DNA from: Lingula anatina
Lineage: Eukaryota; Animalia; Brachiopoda
NCBI GenBank assembly: GCA_051362555.1
Contig: CM120643.1
Coordinates: forward strand, 4,092,001 to 4,156,000
Direction: 5' to 3'
Length of the DNA: 64,000 bases
Every line of letters starts with the position of its first letter. Positions within the stretch are counted from its first letter, which is position 1. The notes under the pieces are model-generated. The model saw only the letters and a program-made list of their open reading frames with translations. It was not told the origin of the DNA and did not search any database. A program made the translations under genes and the position numbers. Of the stretch, positions 1 to 12,050 are shown in pieces.

Positions 1-82
1 GGCCAGGCTGTCATCCATCAAGAGAAGATCGGTGAGGATGATACAGCACTATTGGACCTGTTCATCTGTTCAGTTTAACCTC

Positions 83-2100
83 TTTTTTTATTTTTTTATT
101 TATTTATTTTTTTTATTGAACTTAGGTAATGTTAATTACAGAATACAATAATTCTTTTTTACCTCACACTTACTTCTCTCTCTCACACACACACACACAG
201 ACACTTATAACTACTACTGATGGCTCATCATTTTCATTAGTTAATAAGATATTGATAAGCACAGCATTTTTTCTCTAACACAGATAGCATTCGATGTCCC
301 TGAAGGACAGATGTCCCCCATTTTTTTGATTTACTGTAAATGTAATATTTTACCTGGGAAATCAATGAATTCAATTTCTCATCATTATTTCCAAGGATAA
401 TATCCGATGCAGAAATATGAATATTGGCTCCCTTTTCTTCCCTAAACCAGTTTTCGATTTGCTTCCACAATTTTTTTGCGAGATTACAATCTATGAATAG
501 ATGTTCAATTGTTTCCATCCTTGTGCTACATAAATTGCAATGAGGATTATCCGCTATTTTATATTTGAACAGTAAGTATTTTGTCCCTAGAATTCTATGA
601 ATACATCTAAAGTTAAACCATCTGAGTTTGGATTCTTTTATATCTGTCAGGAAACGATTGTAGATAAGATTCCATGTTATTGCTTTATTAAAGAACCTTT
701 CCCATTTTATTTCATTTTTAGGGGTTTCGTACAGTTTTTTTTATAAACGTATCATTTCGGAGGAAACTTAAGATGATATATATGTAGTTATGTAGATACA
801 TAGATGAGAAAATACCAAGCTGAAAATATCTTAACTCAGACTGGAGCCACACACACCAAGACTTACATACATGTTCTCCTCCCACACAGACAACATCGAT
901 CATCACGCTCTCATTCACACTTCCTATTTCTATAGTCATAAGTAGCTGGTCTTTCCTCAGGTATTCACACACATCATCCACGGATTCACTGACAAAAGAT
1001 ATCCACACTGATGCGCTGAGAACAACTGATGCGCGGAGGAATAATATACATGAATAGAATTCCATAATTGTGTGCACTTGTGCCAAGCATAATAATAATA
1101 CCATTTCGGCAAACATTCAGTCTATGTGATTAGACGTGAAGCGCACCTTTTCTCTGTGTTTGTCGTGGATGTAGAAAACATTATATTAGCAATAAAGATA
1201 ATACTAAATTTAATTGGAAACAAAACAGAGTTCCTTATTTACATCATATAGGCCTAATCACAACTTTTTACATGTATGATTTCTATGTATTAATTCTACA
1301 GAGAACCTAAATAATTATTTACTTTTTTTGCACTATTCTGTACAAATCAAGAAATGAAATTTATCGTTTCAATCGATTTTACTTGCACCAACATTATAGA
1401 GTTAAGGTTTAAGTGGCGAATTTTTGTCCCAATATCGTCCCCGATGTCGAATTTTTTCTTGCCTTCCTTGCCGTTAATCTTGGCATATATGCTGCCATTG
1501 AAATACCACGCACTTTCACATTCCGGATGGTCATTCAGCAATTTAAGTAGTTCCTTATTTTCTTTTGTAACATCGTCTGCTAGCCTCAGGGCTCTGTCGG
1601 ACCTTTTTAGCTCACCCCTTTTGCGCATGATACGGGATTTTATCTCTGTGTTTTTTAACTTTAAGATGATCGGCCTGGGTTCCCCTGGTTTGCCGGGAAT
1701 CCTGTGCACCGCCACAATATCATCGCCTTTCACCTCTTCCTGTATCTTCTCTTTTAATGTTTTAATTACTAGGGCAGAAGTTGTTACATTGTTTTTTCGG
1801 CTGTATTGTTCGTTATGGTTGGCTTTTATCATAGCCTCTTGTCTGTTACGTAAAACGCTTTAGTTAAAGCTCAAGTTAGGATTTGATATCTTTATCCACA
1901 TCAACATAACCGCGTTACGTCTTCTCCAGTATCGATTTTGTCAGCAATGAAATCCGGTAGAATAAAACCGAGAGCTCAGTCTCATGTAAAAGTAATAATA
2001 GATAAAACAATCGCCATTTTATTCTGGTAAATAATCTATTTTCGAAATAGTCTGATACATGCATCGATGTTTTATATTTATTCCGTCTCTGCGGAGCAGC
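83..2100 (-). mobile_element. Internally deleted L1/Tx1-clade LINE (ORF1 + C-terminal zf-RVT end of ORF2 + poly-A tail; endonuclease/RT absent)
   Basis: ORF 1347-1832 has L1TD1/ORF1-type motifs EQYSRKNN, VHRIPG, RPIILK, ADDVT, SAWYFNG. 237-700 reads SKLRWFNFRCIHRILGT..PHCNLCSTRMETIEHLFIDC (CCHC zf-RVT). T-rich tract at 83-115 is the poly-A tail on the minus strand. Confidence 0.8.
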
Positions 2101-2416
2101 AGCAGAAGGCTTTAAAGAAGTCCTTAAAGCATCATTGTGTACCCATTGACTGATTAAACCTGTTGCAACTACCTACAGTGTAGTCTACTTGTTGTATACC
2201 AGTAGTATTGCGGGGATTTTGTCATTAATGAGCAGATATGAAGTACAATGGATGGACCAGCTCAAGATTCAATTCCTTATTTTCTGTATAAAAAGTAACA
2301 CTGTTTCGTAATAAAATAAATATTTTTGGATTGATTAACATTAACCCGCCCGTAATGTAAACGTATTCGCCGTAGCCCGTAGCCACTTACGATGCAAAAC
2401 AAAAAAACAAAAAAAA

Positions 2417-2454
<38 letters not shown>

Positions 2455-3270
2455 GCACGAAAAATCGTTTACGATTTCATCGCACAGTACGCTTTTCAAA
2501 TGTAATCTAGGCAATAGAATTAAATGTGTAACCTAATAACAGAAATAGAATAAAAATACACTACTCCGGTGGATATGAGTTATAACTTTTTTGGTGTTTT
2601 TGATATGATGATTCTGCTGCTGCATCTAGAGTATTTCGATACAAAAAAACAGTTACGGATGCCTTCAGTGTAGTATAGATATACCGCCTCGTATCAAATC
2701 ATGTCGAAAGAAACAGCACTAGTTTTGGAGTGATATATCAATCATATTTGTTTCTTTTGCTTCTTTTGTGTTAACTTATTTTTGCGTAGTATTCTACTAG
2801 TTTTTTTCCCCCGAAAATTCATAATTAAATCATACTTACATTTTTACAGGGCTATTACAAAGTACACGTACACAGAAAAAAACTTATTTAATAAAAGTCA
2901 TCAAGGGGTGTTTCGTCAGGTCTTACGTGTAGCCGAAATATCGAAAAGACCTTCTTCTTCCTCTACATGTAGATTACCTGTATCTAGACAAGCACATATA
3001 CACCTGTTTTTAAATAAATAAACATATTCTGTACATCACCGAGTTTCCTAGACAGAGAAATTTAAGTAGTGACAGCTGCAGACAGGTTTATAAAGTATAT
3101 CTATGTATGGAATATGATATTTGTTAGTTTGATCATAGACAACGTAACAACTTGACTTTGTTTAAAAATTATGTAGGTAAAAAATCCAAATGTTGTGAGA
3201 ATAGACTTTACTTGTTGCTTATATTAAACTTGAGTTTATTTACAACAAACAGGCCTATTTTCCGCACTTA

Positions 3271-4901
3271 CAGGGTTACCACTTAATATGGAATATTATT
3301 TTTTGGCTAGTAAATTTTCTACAAAATATTAAATTTCTCTCTAACTACTTTAAATCCAAAGCTGAGGTGTCACTCCATGTGTAGCCAGGTGTGTTACCTA
3401 ATTACCACACAACTCTCGAAACAATTGATGCATGCAGTTGCATGTTCTGTGGTCAGAAATGTGAGGGGTGGTCTTTTCGGCAATTTCTGCCCTTGTATAA
3501 AAACGCATGGGTTTGGTCAATCTTTGGAGTGTGTTTAGAGAAGCAACAGAGGGATCGCTCTGAAACTTGACAGGTACCTTAGTGAAGATATGGTTCGACA
3601 GCTAAGCAACGTAGCTTACTATGGGATTCTTGCTCTCAGATAAAATGGCCAGAAACGGACAGCCATTGCAAGGTAATTCAACATTTATCAGGAACCGTTT
3701 GTAAAATCCTCCAAAGAAATACTGCAACAGGGGCACCTACTCCAATACCTCGTCCAGGGTGTCCGCGTATCACACCAAGAAGACAGGATCGCCTTCTCCT
3801 TAGAGGACGCCGTGCTGGTCGTACAAAGACAACCAGTGTCCTCAGAAAAGAGTCGCAGAATGCAGAGTCGCAAGAGATTACTGAAAGCCGGTTATTTTGC
3901 ACAAAGGTCAGTAGAGAAATCACTGTTAACAGCAGGTCACATACAGCGACGTCTGCAATGGGCTGGGGACCACGTGCGTTTGCAGCCAAAACACTGGAAT
4001 CACGTCGTTTTCAGTGATGAGGCCAGATATGGATTTTTTTAGGGTTGATGGTCGAATCCGTGTCCACCGACGTGTACGAGGGGCATAAAACGATGATTAA
4101 TTGTGTACTGCCTAGGGTGCAAGCGGGGGATGGTAACGTCTTTGTTTGGGGAGGATTTCATGTCGGTGCCCAGAACCAGTTGGTTTTTCTAGGAGGCAAC
4201 CTCATCCAGGTTTCCTACAGAGACATTCTACAGTAATAATGCTTCGTTTGGTAAGAGTCATTTTCAGGTACAACTTTGTGTACCAAGACGACTGCGCAAC
4301 CCCACATCGAGGCCGCCGAATCACTGTTTTTCTTCAAAACCAATGGGTTCAGCAACTGCCCTGGCCTGCAAACTCTCCAGATATGGACCCAATTGAAAAA
4401 CTTTGGGCAAAAGTAACTCACATAGCTATGGTCACCGGCCGATAAATAGTGATGAACTGCGACAGGCAAATATCACTGCGTGGAATGATATCCCCATCCA
4501 AACTCTAAAAAACGTGTCACAGGGTATGCCATGTAGGATGAGGGCGTTGCAAGCGGCTGCTGGAGGTCATACCCGCAATTACTGACTTTTCATGATTTGC
4601 TGTAGTGAGTTCTTTGACTGAGTAACATATCACTGGCGGAGGCTATTATTTTCTTTAATATCTTAGCTTAAAGTTAATACTGACGTCAAGCTGTTGATAT
4701 GGTTTTCTGGGGGTGTTACTTTCTTTTGAATGGCATCTTATGTCAGATTTGATATCGTTGACCAAAATATCTCACAACAGAAGACTGGATGTTTTTATCA
4801 CTCGGTGACATACTTTTTTAATGACTCAAGCCCAAAAATATTTAATCAGCACTCAAAAATAACAATGATAAAAAAATATTCCATATTAAGTAGCAACCCT
4901 G
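3271..4901 (+). mobile_element. Full-length Tc1-family DNA transposon with disrupted DD34E transposase (~3590-4585)
   Basis: TIRs cagggttaccacttaatatggaatatt / aatattccatattaagtagcaaccctg with TA on both flanks (3269-70, 4902-03). Motifs VVFSDEARY, YQDDCATPH, WPANSPDMDPIEKLW, with 34 residues between the second D and E. Frameshifts and stops present. Confidence 0.95.
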
Positions 4902-5139
4902 TAAACAGTAACTAAGAGAAGACAAAAAAAAAAAAAAAAAACAAAAAAAAAACACATTTTGACACAACCCAAAAATTTAATTGTCTAATGTAAAATGTAA
5001 TTTTGCCACAAGTCACGGCGGTTTTAAGTTTGAGCGTAATTTACTTGTGTATCTCGAATATAATTAAAAAGCGCGTAATCGGATGGTTATCAATTTATAC
5101 AAATGTAAGATGTCTTAAAATTTCCCCGTGAACCACCAC

Positions 5140-6560
5140 GACGAGTGACCAAGAAGATTTTAAACTTTGAAATCTTTTTACTTCTGAATGTTTTGACTTT
5201 TATGCCTAGTTTTCGCTTTAAAAAAGAGAAAGAAAATATCCCTGTAAAAGTCACCTTTGTCGAACCAGATAAATAGAAATGCAGTCAAAATTTTTATGGA
5301 AGCCTTAGACACGCATATTTTTACATCATTATCATAACCTAATATCTTAAGCGTGCAATTTTCATCCAAAAGCTGGGACGTATGCAGTGCATCTCTGAGG
5401 CGCGTTTACTATCTATTTTTCACTTGTGAAATGATTGTGTTAGTGCAGAAAATTTCTTTCACACCAGATGACAACTGAAAACTTTAATAAGATTTTTTTA
5501 AGCATCATTAATTAACATTAAGATCATCATTACAAATCTCTAATATGAACATCACTTCCGGCTAGTCATATATTACTTCAAGGAACCTAATTTGCATATA
5601 AGAGAAAAAATGCATTTTTTTCTGATTTTGGCTTGTTTCCAATTTTTTCATTACTTTCAAAAAGTAATGTCCCCTTAAGCTCACAAATTGGGACACTTTT
5701 GAGTCATATGCACTGATCGTAAATTGTGTAATTCGAAATAATTTTTTATGTCACAGACGTGTATCACGTTTTCACTCCACAGCCATAAAACTCGCTGATA
5801 GCTGCATGGGTATAAAAGTAGGTCAATTGCCTGTATAAAATTGCCATACGATTATTGATTTTTTAGTATGGACCGTTTTACGGGGGAGACAGAAGTGGAA
5901 AATGTATCAAGATGCCAGCAAAATATTTCGGTTGCATAGGGTTGGTGAAAGGCAGAGTATATTGAGAACTTTTAAAGAAAAGAGTTAAACTAGCCCACAT
6001 CTCCAGCTTCAACACGTAGAACTTCATACATGCCACGGTCCCTCTCTATTTCATCTGACTCTCCCTAAAATTTTTCAGACCGCGTTAACTGTTCAGCTCC
6101 CGGAAAGCACGAAGCATCCAGCGTGGTGGCAGACGCTGAGCTCTGCAGACGACACATTGCATTCACACAAATGGGGGTAAAGGTTTTCTGGGGAAATGCT
6201 GTATTTTATTACATCTGACGAATTACGTAATAGAGGGAGGAAAATTGACTTTTTTAAAATTTATATTGACTAAGTGTAATACAAGACACTGATATTTCTT
6301 CTCAAAATTGACAGAATAAAGAAACGCAAAAGGATATAACCTATATCCCCTTACATGGCATATCCTATCTGTGAACTTGATCTACTTTAGCTTTCACACT
6401 CCTACACACGCTGAGTAGAAAGGGGGCGTATGGGGGGGGGGGAATTTGATTTAAGTATGGCGTTATGGTTTTACTCATGTTTTACTCATGTTATATTTTA
6501 TACAATAGATCATTTTATTTTAAAGGATAGACCTGATCTGAGAGCGTTGGTAACGTTTTT
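5140..6560 (+). repeat. Dispersed duplication, copy A (paralogous to ~31070-32655); contains exon-like segments
   Basis: Long collinear matches, e.g. gcatctctgaggcgcgttta, gatatgaacatcacttccggc, aaactagcccacatctccagcttca, ctgagctctgcagacg, atagacctga..tgagagcgttgg. Confidence 0.9.
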
Positions 6561-6789
6561 GGGACGAGAAAAGTAAAGAGATGTAGCTACTTCGAGCACA
6601 TATTTCAAAGCGTACTGTGTGTAAGAGATAAAAATATCGTACCGCAGCAGGGTGTTTTAAAAGATTTTAAATCCTTTAATCATTTTGAAAAATGACAGAA
6701 AAGGAATTGTGTTAAAAAAGAACTTGTTGCCGCTATTTACAGTACTTTTTATGATAATACATGTAACATGGCTATAGCAATAGTGCAAG

Positions 6790-7330
6790 TAAGGTAAGAT
6801 AAAGTAAGAATTTATTCAGCCAATAAAAATATTTAGATATAAATATTGGCAATTGTTATCCTTTGAGAGATAAAACTAAGATAAAACACTGGACAATAAA
6901 AAAAATTATGAACTAGGCCTAAAAGTGGAATTAAAGAGAGACAAAAAACTACTTAAAACCATTTACTGCCCTTAAAAGTCAGAAGTCTGCTGGATAAAAA
7001 ATTTGAAAAGAGAACTTTTTAGGTGGGTGGGATCCCCACAATTCGTTTTGTTGTTTTCTCCATTCTGTCTTTCAAGATATCATCCAGTTGGGAGAGATCT
7101 CTCTCAATTATTTTACCGGTGGCGCTAATAACGTTGGAGTGTTTTCCCCGTTCCTCCACTGTAGCCACCAGATGCAATAAACGTTTTAAAAATACTCTCA
7201 ATGTTACACGTATAAGAGTTAATTAAAACGGGCTCATTATCTGTAAAAGTTGCAAGTGATCTAGAAAGCCGCTTTTGCCTAAAGCAAGTTTACTTTTCAA
7301 GTGAATTCCTAGGAGTTTTAACTATATGCC
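6790..7330 (-). mobile_element. Rex1/Babar-like LINE 3' fragment (degenerate ORF2 C-terminus)
   Basis: Minus-strand frames read ..SYTCNIESI..KTLQR..GKIIERDLSQLDDILKDR..GDPTHL.SSLFKFLSS, resembling the post-RT region of Rex/Babar ORF2. Short (CTTAY)-like tail near 6790-6810. Confidence 0.6.
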
Positions 7331-7540
7331 TATATCTATTGGATTTAAACATGAAAATACTGGAATATAAAACCGAAAGTGTTGTCCGTAATTGAACCAT
7401 ATGGTAGGGTATATGTGTGCGAGTATGAGTGTTCATGAATGTATTTGAATAAAGTTAAAAGTTTGTACCATGTATTGTTTATTTCTTTGGTTTAATAGAA
7501 AAAAATTGAAAAAAGAATCTGATAAAAAAAATTAATTAAA

Positions 7541-7810
7541 AGAGCCCCACTGGGTATTTTGTTACCAGTTAAAGCCACTTTTTATTTCCCTGAGATGCGT
7601 GAAATGTCCATATTATTTAGCATGATCCATGAAGCACCTCATTCCTGTGGCTCGTAAATGCGGCTTTTTATTCTTTGCCCTTTGTGAAATAAAGTCTTGT
7701 AATTTTCAGGATTTTCAACTAGCATTGTTGGTGAGATATACATAAAGTTTTGTTTACTGTGATTTGTAAATTAATGATTTTATTTCCTGTGAACTGTGAT
7801 CACCCCTCCC
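7541..7810 (+). repeat. Second homology block of the dispersed duplication (pairs with ~34864-35125)
   Basis: Shared gcccc..tgggtattt, agccact, gaagcacc.cattcctgtg and gaactgtgatcac strings in the same order. Confidence 0.75.
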
Positions 7811-7912
7811 GAATGGTACCCTCAATTAAGAAAAGAAAGAAAAACAAAACTCATTTGATTACAAAATTTTAATATCTTATTGAAAAATTAAGAGAATGAC
7901 ATTTTGCAGGTT

Positions 7913-10900
7913 TTAACTGGCTTCTACAGAGGCAATGATAGTTCTGCATTGACGACCCTGAAAAATAAAAGTTGAAAATATTAAAATATTATTCAGTTAA
8001 AATGTGTATTCAGTTAAATATAGTGTAAATAGATGTTGACAGTAACTCTACAACCACCAGCTCTTTGCTACTATCATATAATTACTGCTTTCATGTACTG
8101 TTTGACATAATTTTCCTCTAAAAAAACTGAAAGCTTACTTAGTTATGATACCATCAAAACAAAGACACAAACAAAAAGAACTTCTCTGTAAATGTATAAT
8201 AAATCTATTCTTTTAAAAATACTGTTGACTTTTCTTCATTTCTTAATGTCTGAAGTGTTTAGAATTATTTAATAAATAATAATAATAATAATAATAATAA
8301 TAACCATTTATGTTCGTGCCCTCCGTCTGAAGCAAGACGTGAAAAGATTCAATACCCTCCTCCACCTAGATGGGCCGCTATTCTTTGGAGCTAAAATGTA
8401 TAATACAATATTACTTACTAAGAGGCAAAATTGCCAAGTATCATTTTAATCTGGCCAAAAGCACAAACTGTGTTGGCACAACATAAGGAGAGTGTGTGTG
8501 TGTGTGTGTGTACATGCACAATCACATTCCTTTAGTGTAATAAATATTGACCCTACCATTCTATTGACCCTACTGTCTTACCTCTCTCCTTCACGTCTGC
8601 TTTCACAGTTGTTGTGTCATTGATACTGACTGAAGAAAAACAGGAAAACAAATTAAACATTTCATACCTGTGCACAACAAGAATTCAATACATTATTTAA
8701 CATAGTCGAAAACCCATTCAAAGATTTAGATCACTGAACAGTGAATTTGAACTCAGTGTTTGTGCATGAGAGTCTCCCCCCTAAAGTCCATCTGTGTGTG
8801 TTTACATTTTTAAGTGTATTAAATGAATTCCCATTAAATTGTCCTAAACGTATTGTCTTACCTTTTTCTTTGATGCCCTCAGCATCTGACACACTCTTTG
8901 TGTCTTTGAAATTGGCTAAAGAAAAAATGATATCAAATAAAAACTTAACATTCCATATCTGTGCATGTTCAGATAGGATTCAGTATTACAATTTATGGAA
9001 GACACATTCAAATATTTAAATGACTTAAAAATAAATGATCTTCTTAAGTATGCTAAAGATTTTGCTGGAGCAACATGCTTGTGGTGTGTATGTGCGTGTA
9101 TGTGTGTTTGTTAGAGTATGTGTGTGTGCATGCATGTTTCATAAGTATATTAAAAGTCATAACTATTTTACTGAGATTCCTGTCTTACCTATCTGCTCAA
9201 TACTTAGGGTCTTTACAAGTGTTACTTTGTTCTTGTCTTTCAGTTTGGTATCAAGTGAAAGGACAGAATTGAATTTTCAAACAACACTATAGGTGTATTC
9301 CCAGAGATTTAGATCAATCCAGGGATTAAAATTTAGATCAACCTAACTCCCTGGGGGTTCATGATAAATTGCAGTCAGACGAGCGTGCACCAAAGTTAAT
9401 TAACCCCTTACAGCTTTTAGTAGGCGGGGCAGTCAGACGCTTAAGCCGGCCAGGCTGACAGTAATCTAGTGAGACTCCCCACAGGGATAGATCGATCTAA
9501 AAATCTATGGAAATGGGGTGTATGCGTTCAATCTTTACACAGCAAAAGCATTAATTTTTCAGAAGATAAAGTATCTCCTTAAGTCTGTCAAAGGCCAGAC
9601 TTTGCTTGTGCAACATGCATGCAAGTACAGTACCTTTTGGTGTGTGTGAATGTGTGTGTGTGTGTGTGTGTACATGCACAATCACATGTCATCAGTGTCA
9701 TAAATTGATACCTGTTCTATTGACCTATTCTATTCTATCTTACCTCTCTCCTTCACGAGCTCTGTCACAGTAGTTGTTGTGTCTTTGACATCAACTGAAG
9801 GAAAAAATGGAACACAAATTCAACATTCCATGCCCATGCACAACAAGGATTCAATACCATAGTCAAAGATGTATTCAAAGATTTAGATCACTGAACAGGG
9901 AATAAAAACACAATGTTTGTAAGGGGCGGGTCTTGAGAGATTTTCTGACAGTCTTGCAAATTATATTTGTTGATCCATCCTCCATTGTGGACTGTCTTCT
10001 GACAAAAAATTAAATCCCCATCAATGTAAACTTCTAACCATCTTGCGGAAGACCCAGAAGACAGCCTCAATTTGCCCCTGTTTGTGTCTGAAAGCCTGTT
10101 TGTGTGTGTGTAAATTTTTTAAGTGTGTTAAATGAACACCTGTTAAAATGACCTTACTGTCTTACCTCTCTCCTCGCTGCCCTCAGCATCTGACACACTC
10201 TTTGTGTCTTTGATATCAGCTAAAGAAAAAAATGATATTTTAATAATATTTTATAATTTAAAAATACAAACTTAACATTCCATATCTGTGCATGTTCAAA
10301 AGGGATTCAGTAGGCCCATTACACTTTGATGAAGACACATTCAAAGATTTAACAAACTTAAAAATAAATAAATTATCTTCATAAGTATGCTAAAAAATAG
10401 ACTTTGTGAGCAACATGCTTGCAGTGTGTAAGTGCATGTGTATGTGTTTGTTAGTGTATGTGTGTGTGCAAGTATATTAAAATTCATAATGTTATTATTG
10501 GACAAAGAAAAAGAGGAAGGCCAGTCAAACGATGGAGGGATGAATTAGATGACTACTGGAAGTCTTGGAAGAAGAAACCTTGGCCAAACTGGAAATCTGA
10601 GGCTCAGGATAGGAAACAATGGAAAAAGCATGCTGAGGCCTTTGTCCAACAGTGGAACACTATAGGCTCTAAATGATGATGATGATGATGAATGTAATTA
10701 TTTTACTATGATTCCAGCCTTACCTAATTCCTCAATGCTTTGGGTCTTAACAATTGCTACATTATTCTCTTCTTTGGTATCACCTGAAAGAACAGAATTG
10801 AATTTTAAGTAATACCATTTATGTATGTTGGAGTATGTTGGAGACGGAGAGAAGCGTGTTAGTCTGTTAATCTGATTGTATTCAGTGAGAGTTTCCATGG

Positions 10901-12050
10901 AGTTAGTGCACATTAGCTAGGTCTCCAAATTCATTGCCAACAGCCCCTGAGGGTCCAGACTTGCACCCTGAGAGTCAAGATGTTGTTGTAATTTTATTTC
11001 ATGAATCCTTCCTAAAAGATAAAAAATGCGTCAAGTTGATTGAAAAAAATCATGAATGACGGATAAAAAGGCGCAGTGTGGGCTTACATAGAACTTGCTA
11101 CAGAATTTCAGATTTGAATAAAAAATAAAACTTACCAGCGACTGTGTAGACATTGTCTCTTTGCTTTGTTTACTAAAACAATAAACAGGAATAATTATTG
11201 TATAAAAGAATTTCATTGGACGGTTCCTGTATTGTTTCCTTAACTTTAAACCAATCAGATTGACGCTTCGTTGAAGCTCTCGACCTTGAGTCTTTCTAAT
11301 AAATGGAAATCACAATATATCGTAATATATATAACAGTGCCTGGACCCTGGTCATATCTATTGCGGATCCAGAACTCTCTCCCTCCTCGCACGAGCTTCT
11401 TAGAAAGCAGGCGGTGAACCTGTTGCTGATACTTGTCAGTCCCTTACAAATCCTAAGTCTCACCTCTTGCACAGCGCCATCTATACTCAACAATTTTTTA
11501 TATGGCGTGGGCAAAGGGTGACGCTGAAAAGCCCGAATTTTCATCAAACGTTCTGCACACTGAGTTTCACCATACATCAGGACACTTTTCTTAGATGGTT
11601 TTGTTATAGATTCTATTGACAAACTTAATCGGTGAATTCAGGATGAGACATCTAAAGTGACGGACACATATGGTATCGACTGTGTCAGTTGTTCACTGTT
11701 CACATCACGATGCAATGTGCTGGTGAAGATTTTACAAAATGCTTCAGAATGTTGACGCTGCAGACTAAAAGCGCTCTTGGAGATCTAGCAAGATTGCACG
11801 CAGTCATCTACTTCAGTTTTGTCATTCCCTTTTCATCTGCAATTACCCAATGCCTTATGAAGGTGAGGAAATAAAATGAAGAACTAGCGTTATTCCTTCT
11901 TATATAATTTTTAAGTGGGCCTTTTTCTTGTTTCTTTTGTGTCATCAGTCGAAATAGTAATATATATGAACTTAACTATGAATAACTAAAACTTCCCATG
12001 GCGTGTCCACTTACGTGAACTAGCACTACCATCCTGAGTTTCAGAAAGCA
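7913..12050 (-). CDS. Spliced micro-exon gene (or pseudogene) encoding a charged D/T/K/E-rich repetitive polypeptide; product unknown
   Basis: Phase-1/phase-1 AG..GT exons: 12015-12050 (36 nt), 10724-10783 (60; GDTKEENNVAIVKTQSIEEL), 10166-10219 (54; ADIKDTKSVSDAEGSEER), 9744-9794 (51; VDVKDTTTTVTELVKER), 9189-9254 (66; acceptor mutated), 8862-8915 (54; ANFKDTKSVSDAEGIKEK), 8582-8629 (48; VSINDTTTVKADVKER). These are followed by exons 8419-8450, 8139-8185 and a terminal exon from 7957. All have GTAAG donors except the terminal exon. Start codon not identified. Confidence 0.7.
9291..9520 (-). mobile_element. PIF/Harbinger-type MITE (~215-230 bp family), copy 1
   Basis: Imperfect TIRs ..tattcccagagatt / aatctatggaaatggggtg; 3-bp TSD TAT; inverted relative to the copies at 23693, 26427 and 30770. 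Confidence 0.8.
9921..10080. mobile_element. Small MITE with (c/a)aggggc..gcccctg ends and 5-bp TSD
   Basis: TSD tttgt at 9916-9920 and 10081-10085; absent from the paralogous intron at ~8755-8790. Confidence 0.7.
10500..10690 (+). mobile_element. 5'-truncated RTE-clade LINE insertion
   Basis: RKRGRPVKRWRDEL..WKSEAQDRKQWKK.AEAFVQQW* followed by a (GAT)n tail. 12-bp TSD aatgttattatt/aatgtaattatt (10488-99, 10691-702). Confidence 0.9.
11296..11860 (-). other. Unidentified GC-richer coding-like relic inside an intron of the micro-exon gene
   Basis: 108-aa ORF 11296-11622 with protein-like composition; no family recognised. Confidence 0.2.

Noticed and set aside
718-1116. 132-aa ORF with signal-peptide-like start
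   Set aside because: Lies in the inter-ORF spacer of the LINE; GT-rich composition explains the hydrophobic residues; no motif recognised
2341-2460. SINE or retrocopy suggested by the 55-nt A-rich tract
   Set aside because: No pol III A/B boxes, TSD or coding similarity recognised
7913-8185. EGF-like motif (C.C..G..GRQC) at the end of the micro-exon gene
   Set aside because: Requires assuming extra frameshifts; not supportable from the sequence
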